The notes under the pieces are model-generated. The model was not told the DNA's origin and searched no databases. It was given only the letters and a program-made list of their open reading frames with translations. Positions 9,688 through 17,548 of a stretch of 64,000 nucleotides of DNA are shown piece by piece (positions within the stretch are counted from its first letter, which is position 1; each line of letters opens with the position of its first letter). A program made the position numbers and the translations under genes. The DNA is taken from positions 32,001 through 96,000 of the IMG/VR virus record IMGVR_UViG_3300017730_000002; one strand, 5' to 3'. The stretch is from a virus.

Positions 9688-10374
9688 ACTATAAGATAAC
9701 AATATCTGCGGACATTCCCAAGTGTAATGGATCTACGGAGGTAGAAATGTTCTATGCAAGACATTGTAGTGACTCTTGTATCAGATGGCCCCCACCACCT
9801 ACCACCCTGTTGGTACCCCCCTATGATTTGTACAGGAGAATGTGTTTTTGCTGACACAAAACCAAAAAAGCATGCTGCTGAGAAAAGTTTAGCAGGGTTG
9901 TGCAAGGTGCAAGACACAGTGGTGCTTTGTGTTGTGTAGTTTCTTTTTGTTTAGTTTGTAGATTATCCTCTGTCACATGGATTAAGTTCCATAACAAGAT
10001 AAGACTGTAAAGTCCAGTATAAAGCAAACTCCTAAGCCCTACAAGTTGAAATCATATACACTTGAGGGCTTTCTTTTTTTTTAGTTTGTAAAGTTTTATA
10101 CTATTCAAAGAAACAATCACCTTGTGTGCACAAGTGGGTGGACAGCATTGTTGAGAAGAGTATATGTAATTAGGGACAATGTACAGTAAGGTACATCCCT
10201 TTCTTTTTTTTTAGTTCTGAGGTGCAATGCAAACCTCCCGCTAAAGCACTTAGCCTTTAACACACACATAAGGGGAGGAACATTCTCAGACGTGAGAGAA
10301 AACAATGGTTAAGGCCCATTGTTTTTTTTGTGTTGTTTCTTTTTTTTTAGTGTTGAACTTTTAAAACCCATACT

Positions 10375-10548
10375 ATGAAAAATACTAAAGTTCAAATCTT
10401 TTCTGTTCCTTGTAATGAGGCTGAAGCCATTACTGCGGTTCAGAAAAAGATTAATCAGTGGCTTACCACTGGCTTATTAATCAAATATGAAATGCACACT
10501 ACTGCTACTCATATTGTGTTTAATGTTGCATTGAGAAAAGAGGCTTAG
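10375..10548 (+). CDS. 57-aa early hypothetical protein
   Basis: MKNTKVQIFSVPC...LRKEA*; between motif copies, ends in hairpin. Confidence 0.65.
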   Translation: MKNTKVQIFSVPCNEAEAITAVQKKINQWLTTGLLIKYEMHTTATHIVFNVALRKEA

Positions 10549-10727
10549 GCCTCTTTTGTTTCTTTTTTTTTATTAACTAAGTAGTGTAACACCTTAAAAC
10601 GATTATATCCTTGATGTGCTAGTGTGCATAACCACACAGGTTTATTAGAAGTCCTTAAAAGTAGCGGAGGAGGTGGCACTACTTTTTTCCTTTATTTCTT
10701 TTTTTTTAGTTAGGAAAATTATATACT

Positions 10728-10868
10728 ATGAGAAAGAAACATTTGATACCCGTTGTTTGGTTTAGTGTAATTATCCTAATTGCAACACTATTATGTTCCT
10801 GTGGATCAGGAAAAGTTAGCTGTGATGCATATGGTTCAATTGATAACACTGAAATAGATAAGGCTTAA
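10728..10868 (+). CDS. 46-aa small lipoprotein
   Basis: MRKKH-hydrophobic-LCSCGSGKVSCDAYG; paralog at 16066. Confidence 0.7.
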   Translation: MRKKHLIPVVWFSVIILIATLLCSCGSGKVSCDAYGSIDNTEIDKA

Positions 10869-10906
10869 CAGCCTTTTCTTTTTTTTTAATTAATAAAATT
10901 AAAAAT

Positions 10907-10993
10907 ATGAAAACAGTTGGATTAGATACGTTTACTACAGTAATACTAATGACATACTTTGTATGTGGTTTAATAGTTGGTTTATGCAGTTAG
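10907..10993 (+). CDS. 28-aa hydrophobic peptide
   Basis: MKTVGLDTFTTVILMTYFVCGLIVGLCS*; fills one motif-to-hairpin cassette, A-rich start. Confidence 0.5.
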   Translation: MKTVGLDTFTTVILMTYFVCGLIVGLCS

Positions 10994-11046
10994 GGGCTCT
11001 CGCCCCTTTCTTTTTTTTTAATTGGGAAATTTTAAAATATAATACT

Positions 11047-11394
11047 ATGAATGAAGAAAAATTTATTGATGTAAATGGTTTCCAAGTTATGGACTTAGCT
11101 CCTGATATGCAAAGAAAGTTAGCTTTAGTTGATTTAGATGTGTTAGTTGAGATAACAAACTCACTTCAGAAAGTTAACTCTCGTATAATTAAGCAAGATT
11201 TAATTGCAGAACTTCAATCTGTAACTAATAATGGAGAACTAACGCGAATGCAACAGTTGCTGTATATTTGTGAAAAGTTTGTTACACTTCACAAGACTGT
11301 TTTGAAAATTCAAAATATTGAGCATCCTTTAAATGAAAAAGCAGTAGCTGACCTTAATCCAATTAAAGGTAAAGACATTAGTGACATAAGTTAG
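11047..11394 (+). CDS. Early hypothetical protein
   Basis: Start MNEEK after motif copy 8. Confidence 0.7.
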   Translation: MNEEKFIDVNGFQVMDLAPDMQRKLALVDLDVLVEITNSLQKVNSRIIKQDLIAELQSVTNNGELTRMQQLLYICEKFVTLHKTVLKIQNIEHPLNEKAVADLNPIKGKDISDIS

Positions 11395-11447
11395 TGTATA
11401 GCCCCTTCGGGGGCTTCTTTTTTTTTATTTGTGAAAACTTAATTACT

Positions 11448-11810
11448 ATGGAAGAAGAATTTAAAATGGTTTGTACTGCCTCTAAAGGCAGTTATGGCAC
11501 AGGGTTTGAAGACGTGTTTGATAACATTGAAGACCTTAAGAGAGCAATTGTAAAACACGAGTGTAATCCTTGGGATGAAGAAGACAACACTTATACAGAA
11601 GATAAGTATACTGATGAACTGTTTAAGGAGGTTTGCAAAGCAAAAGATTATACTGTTGTTATTGTAAAACTTCACTCATCAGAAAAGATATCATTTGATG
11701 AGTATGACGGGACATCATCTCCTTATATTGAGAAGATAGACCCTCAGTTTAAATCTGTAATGGAATATGCAACAGAAAGACATTGGGACTTATTGAACTC
11801 AAAGGAGTAG
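11448..11810 (+). CDS. Early acidic hypothetical protein
   Basis: Start MEEEF after motif copy 9. Confidence 0.7.
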   Translation: MEEEFKMVCTASKGSYGTGFEDVFDNIEDLKRAIVKHECNPWDEEDNTYTEDKYTDELFKEVCKAKDYTVVIVKLHSSEKISFDEYDGTSSPYIEKIDPQFKSVMEYATERHWDLLNSKE

Positions 11811-11928
11811 CATTTCATAGTGCAGGGGGTAGTTCCCTTGCACTTTGTTTTGTGTATATACCACAATTTTTTTGCAAAAAATTGCATCTTCCTTTTTTCT
11901 TTTTTCTTAATTATGAAATTTATTTATT

Positions 11929-12345
11929 ATGAAACATCAGAATTATTATTACAATTACAATTTTGCAACCAAGCAAGAAGGCTTGAGTTCATTAGACTTT
12001 GAAGAGTGTCTTAAGCAATGCACATTAGTTGCAGGTAACATAATGGCATTAGACCAATTTAATGCTATCGTACCTGTAGATGAATCCCAATGTGTGGACA
12101 TTCCTACTGCAACTGCCACTGCAAATGGCAATGGCACTTTCAGAGTACCTACCTATCCTATTGAGTTATTGGGAGACTTTACCGTAATAGAAAGAGAGTT
12201 TGACCATAGACCTTGGTTTAAATGTTGGGTAGGCAAGGGTGGATATACAATAGGGGAAAGAAATGTCAATAAAGGCTGTTTCTCTATAGTTGAAACTCAT
12301 AAAGGCTTTGTGCTGTATTTGGGACAAAGATACAGACAGTACTAA
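11929..12345 (+). CDS. Early hypothetical protein
   Basis: 138-aa ORF after motif copy 10. Confidence 0.7.
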   Translation: MKHQNYYYNYNFATKQEGLSSLDFEECLKQCTLVAGNIMALDQFNAIVPVDESQCVDIPTATATANGNGTFRVPTYPIELLGDFTVIEREFDHRPWFKCWVGKGGYTIGERNVNKGCFSIVETHKGFVLYLGQRYRQY

Positions 12346-12519
12346 TATTTCATAGTGTGGGGTGTAATAGCCCTGCACTATAAATAGGTTGTCCCGTTGG
12401 GGCATAGGGCTATTGCTGTACACATATGTGGGTAATCACAATTTCTTTCAGAAATTGCATCTTTTCAGTTTCTTTTTTTTTATTTAGGAGTTTATTTATT
12501 AATTAATATATGATTTCAT

Positions 12520-12939
12520 ATGAAACTTAAATTTGAGTTTAAAGCAGATGTCTATAACGGCATCACAAGACAAGTAGCAAATTTTACAGGTACATTAGTA
12601 TCTATTGCTAAATTACCAATCAAGAATGTCAATAACACAGAGTATTACCCTGCAACTGTTGATATGAAAGATTCTCACGGGAATGTTCGTAAAGGTACAT
12701 CTTGTATGATTTACAAAACATCCTTTGACAAAGGTATGGAGATAGGACAAGACTATCTTGGCTCCGTTACCATTGAATCAGGTAAACAACCACTTATTAA
12801 GCTTACTTCAGGTACAGGCAATGGCACTCGTGCTACTATGGACGACTTTGACTTCCAAGTTGCTCCTGCACCACAACCTGTTGCACAACCTACTCAGGCT
12901 ACTACAGCCACAGAGAGTAACCTAAGTGACATAGGATAG
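12520..12939 (+). CDS. Early hypothetical protein (beta-rich, possible OB-fold) with Pro/Ala/Gln tail
   Basis: 139-aa ORF after motif copy 11. Confidence 0.65.
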   Translation: MKLKFEFKADVYNGITRQVANFTGTLVSIAKLPIKNVNNTEYYPATVDMKDSHGNVRKGTSCMIYKTSFDKGMEIGQDYLGSVTIESGKQPLIKLTSGTGNGTRATMDDFDFQVAPAPQPVAQPTQATTATESNLSDIG

Positions 12940-13365
12940 GACAATAACACTCTGCACAGCAATGTGTGGAGTGTCCTTTCAGGCTTCGCCTATCTTATTT
13001 GTTTCTTTTTATTTAGTTGTTAGTGTTCCACGTAACAATAAATAAAGTAATTATGGTCGTAAGGCATAGTATGTCCCTAAATGGTCATAAGAATACTTAA
13101 CATTGTTGGAACACAGATAGAATTGCGGAAATACTTATGTGTCTTAATCTGTTTTAGATAGTAAAACTATACCCTATATCATTGGTTGTATATTAATATC
13201 ATAATTATTCTATAGTATATAGTATTATAATATTTTATATAGCTAACTTTTTCATAATAGGTTAAGTAATAATAGTTGTTTTCTTATATATAGGATTAGT
13301 ATACTCTCTATATAGAAGATAAGATACATAGTATCCCGCATTTAGATTTGTTTGAATAGATTTAG

Positions 13366-13605
13366 GAGGGAAAACCTCGGTCATAAGGTGGGCTCTTATG
13401 ATTACTGTTGACTTAGGTTCGCTACCTTCGTTGTATCAGGGCTTAGATGTTTCGTCTAGGGTTTAATAATGCCTTTGGGTTCAACTTTTCTTGGTTGGGC
13501 AAGTGCTTCGCACTTCTTGAGTATTCAAACATTAAATAGGTACAAGTAGGGTGTATTCCCGTAAATTAGTTCTTGCTAAGTTGACAGAGAGTCAAGCCTT
13601 TTTTA
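13366..13605 (+). ncRNA. Putative structured ncRNA (~240 nt)
   Basis: ORF-free; serial hairpins (GGTCATAAG/CTTATGATT, TAGATG/CGTCTA, AAGTGC/GCACTT, TTGAC/GTCAA) ending in U-tract. Confidence 0.5.
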
Positions 13606-13615
13606 TTTACAAACC

Positions 13616-14410
13616 TATGACTAGAGAGTCGGTCATAGTATAAATGGAATAGAAATTAGAAATTGTATAGGTTCTAACGTAATTTTAAAAGTTAGTATAG
13701 GCATACAACATATGCTTAGAGGTCTGGATGACTGTCTGTCCTTAAATGTGAACTATACTATGCAATATTTTCTTTTCGCGATTTATTATCATTTCTAATT
13801 GATATGCTTCGGCTATTAATTAGTCTTAATCCCAAGTTGTCGGGATTTAAAATCACAGATGTTGAACTGTGATATGAATTCGTTCTAATAGACAAAACAC
13901 CGTGTAATCAGTACCTTTCTTGTAAGGGGAGCAGTTGCACACAAGGGTGGATAGGACAAAGACCTTACAGGGTTCTAAAACTATCAGTGTTATATGTAAA
14001 GAGTACGGTCTGTAAACTGTACGTGGTTGCATATGAAATTAGGGATTTGAGCTACTATCCTAGTAAAACGTAAAATGCTAAGTCTTAACTAAAAACAAAG
14101 AACTGGACAATGACGTGAAGTCTAAAGCTTATGGTGTAATTAGAAGTGCCTAATCATAGTTTAGAAATGAACTGTGTTATCCCGCAAGGGGTTGTGAATT
14201 TTATGTGCCAGCATAATTGAAGCAACACTTAATTGAGATGTCATTGGCCAATGATATTGATAGAGAGTAGAATGATTACATCTTATCCTGTTACTATGCA
14301 GTCGATCATAGTATGGCAAAGTTAATGAAGGATTTTTCTATCCGTGTGCTAACCCTTACAAATTGAGGGGTCATTAACATTTTGAACCGAGTAGTGCTAG
14401 GTTCTTTTTT
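13616..14410 (+). ncRNA. Putative giant structured ncRNA (~0.8 kb)
   Basis: No ORF >=60 aa; many nested helices, cUUCGg and GCAA tetraloops, terminal terminator. Confidence 0.65.
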
Positions 14411-14431
14411 ATTCACTTAAAACATTTTGAA

Positions 14432-14695
14432 ATGGAGACATTTGTATCTTACAAAAACAAAGTAGTTAATAGACGTAATGATGATCTCGCTGAGAGTAAT
14501 TTAGTCTATCCTATTGGTAAAGGGTATCATCAAGTAGCGCAACTTGATAAATCCTGGGTATTAAAGTATTTGCGTTTGAAATTAGGTCGTGGAGTTAAAG
14601 ATATTCATAACAAGTATGTAGTTCGTATTAAGAATGATATGCTTGTATATAACTGTGACGGCAAGTATTGGTTAATTAAAAAAAATAATGACTAA
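14432..14695 (+). CDS. Hypothetical basic protein
   Basis: 87-aa ORF, A-rich start. Confidence 0.65.
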   Translation: METFVSYKNKVVNRRNDDLAESNLVYPIGKGYHQVAQLDKSWVLKYLRLKLGRGVKDIHNKYVVRIKNDMLVYNCDGKYWLIKKNND

Positions 14696-14918
14696 AGAAG
14701 AAGCATTAGAAAAGACTAGAAAGAAATTCACTAACCTCTTTGATGGAGATATCCTTCCAAGGGTTAGTGTCGGTAAGATTATATCTTACTATGAATCACT
14801 TATTGCAGGTAACAAACCTATAGTTACTGATAGAGATTGTAATATTACAAGAGCATTCAATGAAGCATCGAATTATGATATGATGGATGATCTTGATGAA
14901 TATTATGATGGTATTTAA
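14688..14918 (+). CDS. Hypothetical protein
   Basis: 76-aa ORF overlapping upstream gene. Confidence 0.65.
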   Translation: MTKEEALEKTRKKFTNLFDGDILPRVSVGKIISYYESLIAGNKPIVTDRDCNITRAFNEASNYDMMDDLDEYYDGI

Positions 14919-15102
14919 CCTGACACAGCGGGTTAATAGAGGTTGTACGGTCCAAATTTACTCTATAAAATCTTATGGGACCTATGCTGGTAACAGTTCC
15001 AGACACGGAGATGAGATGAAACCTTAGACACTTAATTAATGTCTGTATGGGATTAAGCCGTGAAAGAATGAGGGTAGACTGTGAAAAAAACTACCCTCTT
15101 TT
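14917..15102 (+). ncRNA. Putative structured RNA with possible pseudoknot and terminator
   Basis: Several helices; loop GGTCC complementary to downstream GGACC; GAGGGTAG/CTACCCTC + U-tract. Confidence 0.45.
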
Positions 15103-15129
15103 TATTTATTTACTTAAAAACAAATTATC

Positions 15130-15543
15130 GTGAAATTATTTGATAAAAGAATTAACTTAGATGTAAAAACAGAAAATTTAATTGGTCTTGCCATAGGTAT
15201 AGACTCGTGGGGTAAAGTAGATGTAAGAACTAGACAGTATCAACTGTTAATCTTATGTTTTGTAATAGAATTACAAACAAGAACTACTATTAAAGAAAAA
15301 ATAGTAAAGAAAAATCTATACAAGAAGAAAAGGAGAACAACTCGTACAGCTAAATTTATAGCATTTATGTGTGGATTATGTATGCTTGCATCTTGTTTGG
15401 CTATATATGAAGCTCTTAATGCTACTACAGGTGCTACTGCATATTCTTTTACATTAGTATCAGCAGTATTTTTAGCTTTATTTGTAGTGATAGGCATAAG
15501 TTATCTCATTATGGATAATAAAGAAAAATACTATGTTGAGTAA
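15130..15543 (+). CDS. Membrane protein (2 C-terminal TMs)
   Basis: GTG start, hydrophobic helices. Confidence 0.6.
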   Translation: MKLFDKRINLDVKTENLIGLAIGIDSWGKVDVRTRQYQLLILCFVIELQTRTTIKEKIVKKNLYKKKRRTTRTAKFIAFMCGLCMLASCLAIYEALNATTGATAYSFTLVSAVFLALFVVIGISYLIMDNKEKYYVE

Positions 15544-15721
15544 ACTATTAACTAGATGGATTATATATTTTTTACTATTTGAAATGTTAATAGTGTTAGA
15601 TTATATTTTAGAAATAATAATACCTTGTGTTTATTATCTTTATACTCAAGTATTGTAAAGACATTGCAAGTAGGTAACACTACTTGCATTTTTTGATTAA
15701 TTATTTATTTAAAAACAAACT

Positions 15722-15859
15722 ATGTTACAACCCACAGATGAATGTTACATCTACATTAAAGATGGAAAAGAATTATTTACAGGATCGTTAGAATTAGCTC
15801 ATAAAAGAGCAGATGATGACACCACAATTAAAGTTGTCAAAATTGACATAATCACTTAA
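15722..15859 (+). CDS. 45-aa hypothetical protein
   Basis: MLQPTDECYIYIKDG...; A-rich start. Confidence 0.5.
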   Translation: MLQPTDECYIYIKDGKELFTGSLELAHKRADDDTTIKVVKIDIIT

Positions 15860-15871
15860 AAATTAAAATTT

Positions 15872-16069
15872 ATGACTGAAATTATGATTGAAGAGATTCA
15901 GGAATTGCACATTGCAGTACACCAAGAAGCAATCTCACCAGAAGAAATAGAAGAAAAGTATGAATGTAGACTTACTGTTAAGAACATAAGAGAAATCAGA
16001 GATATATTATCTCGTTTGCATATGCAAGCTATGTGTCCACAGTTTGGTTTACCAAATTTTGAAATATGA
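15872..16069 (+). CDS. Hypothetical protein
   Basis: 65-aa ORF. Confidence 0.6.
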   Translation: MTEIMIEEIQELHIAVHQEAISPEEIEEKYECRLTVKNIREIRDILSRLHMQAMCPQFGLPNFEI

Positions 16070-16236
16070 AAAAAACAATTACATTATTAGAACTTATAAA
16101 AATTGTATTACCAGTTGTTACTGTTGTTACATTAGTATTAATTATGTCCAGTTGTGGAACGGGACAAGTAAGCTGTGATGCTTATGGTCAAAATGATATA
16201 GAATATGGGGACATATCAGAAGATGAAGCAAGCTGA
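16066..16236 (+). CDS. 56-aa small lipoprotein
   Basis: MKK-hydrophobic-MSSCGTGQVSCDAYG; ATGA overlap; paralog of 10728. Confidence 0.7.
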   Translation: MKKTITLLELIKIVLPVVTVVTLVLIMSSCGTGQVSCDAYGQNDIEYGDISEDEAS

Positions 16237-16417
16237 AGCAGAGTACAAAGAGTTAGAGAATGATATCAGTACTGATGAGAAATCAAAAATGTACTGGAGT
16301 TCTAGAGAAAAGTATCGTTCATTAAAGTATGAATATACTATTCAAAGCTCTGTGCTTATATTAGTAGTGTTTGCTGCAGTAGCAGTAATTGCAAGTATTT
16401 TATTCGGAGGTGTGTAA
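16205..16417 (+). CDS. Hypothetical protein with C-terminal TM
   Basis: 70-aa ORF. Confidence 0.55.
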   Translation: MGTYQKMKQAEAEYKELENDISTDEKSKMYWSSREKYRSLKYEYTIQSSVLILVVFAAVAVIASILFGGV

Positions 16418-16443
16418 TGCACCTCCACAAATTATGATTAGAA

Positions 16444-17040
16444 ATGGCATATAAAAAAGAAAAAAGAGGTGCTTCATTAGTAGTGAATCACTTTGATAAT
16501 CAGTTAAATATTGTAGGTAACTACTTTAATAAGTGGGTACATCACGAGATTAACCTTGATGAAAAAAAGACTAAAATAGTAACAGGAACTCAAAAATATC
16601 AATATTTAGATAAACCAGTAGTCTGGAGAGACAAATGGTTAAAGAGTAAATTCATTAACTGTAAGCAACAGATTGACAACCAATTATGGTTTGTTGATTT
16701 TAATGCTTATGGATATCAAGTAAGCTTTACAGAAGAATTTGATGGCATTCATATTGGTGATGATTATTGGAATATTAAGAAATGTCAATTTCTTGGTAAA
16801 ATAGTCAGTAGACTTAATCAGTATCTAAAACAAGAGAAAGACAATGCTATTGTTTTACATCCAGATGCAAAAGAAACAAGGTGTATGATTAAGCCTGAAG
16901 TATTGGTCTCTTGTATTGAGTCAGTTAATAAGGATTTTCCTTATACACTGAAATCAAGAAGAGAATCATATGAACATGCTGAAAATATATTTGAGGTAAC
17001 TCAAGGTAGAGAGCCTGAGCTAGATGATTTACCGTTTTAA
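16444..17040 (+). CDS. Hypothetical protein with DDLPF C-terminus
   Basis: 198-aa ORF; SSB-like C-terminal tail. Confidence 0.7.
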   Translation: MAYKKEKRGASLVVNHFDNQLNIVGNYFNKWVHHEINLDEKKTKIVTGTQKYQYLDKPVVWRDKWLKSKFINCKQQIDNQLWFVDFNAYGYQVSFTEEFDGIHIGDDYWNIKKCQFLGKIVSRLNQYLKQEKDNAIVLHPDAKETRCMIKPEVLVSCIESVNKDFPYTLKSRRESYEHAENIFEVTQGREPELDDLPF

Positions 17041-17113
17041 GAATTTTTTAAGTGGATAGGGTAAAGGTTGGAGATGTAATGTCTTCAGCCTTATGCCTTT
17101 AAAAAACAAAATT

Positions 17114-17548
17114 ATGCAGATAAAAAAAGTAGCTGTAAACATTACAGAAAGAGATATAACATCAATGGTTGAGACCATATGTAAAGAAACACAAAGTACA
17201 CAAAAAGCAAATGACATTGCAGATCTATTTACAGAACTTTTATTAAAGAGTACTGAAGCATCTACATTATTTGTGCAAATTATGCTTGGTAATGGTTTAC
17301 CACTAACATTGCGTGAAGGAGATGTAGTTAGATGTAAATGGGATAGGCTTAAAGTAGGACTAACAAATGCAGATGACACACTTGATAGACTTCACGAAAA
17401 TAATCTGATTAATGAAGATAATGAGGTTGTTTGTATGGTAAAATCATTCAGAGGTTATACAGAATATTTCCCATATACTGTGGAGTTTAAGTATGGAGAT
17501 GATCTATATGCATCTTGTAGTATGGGATTTGAAGATATACTATCATAA
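17114..17548 (+). CDS. Hypothetical protein
   Basis: Likely start MQIKK. Confidence 0.65.
   Translation: MQIKKVAVNITERDITSMVETICKETQSTQKANDIADLFTELLLKSTEASTLFVQIMLGNGLPLTLREGDVVRCKWDRLKVGLTNADDTLDRLHENNLINEDNEVVCMVKSFRGYTEYFPYTVEFKYGDDLYASCSMGFEDILS

Larger units (their letters stand above)
9940..13018 (+). repeat. 12 dispersed copies of TTTC-N9(T-rich)-A(G/A/T)TT motif; candidate early promoter
   Basis: Copies start at 9940, 10070, 10200, 10336, 10559, 10695, 10875, 11007, 11414, 11896, 12469, 13002; same strand; each precedes a small gene or structured unit. Confidence 0.8.

Noticed and set aside
9684-10305. ORF-track entries 9684..9917, 9754..9939, 9821..10027 and 10117..10305
   Set aside because: Overlapping frames, atypical composition, no A-rich initiation context, and they cross hairpins and motif copies; likely spurious
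9940-10711. CRISPR array (regular ~130-nt periodic repeats)
   Set aside because: Repeat is a 17-nt T-rich non-palindromic motif, the intervening units are 115-500 nt and often contain genes, and no cas genes are present
13366-14410. tmRNA, RNase P or group I/II intron identity
   Set aside because: No tRNA-like ends or tag ORF, no clear P4 or domain V signature, and no interrupted flanking gene
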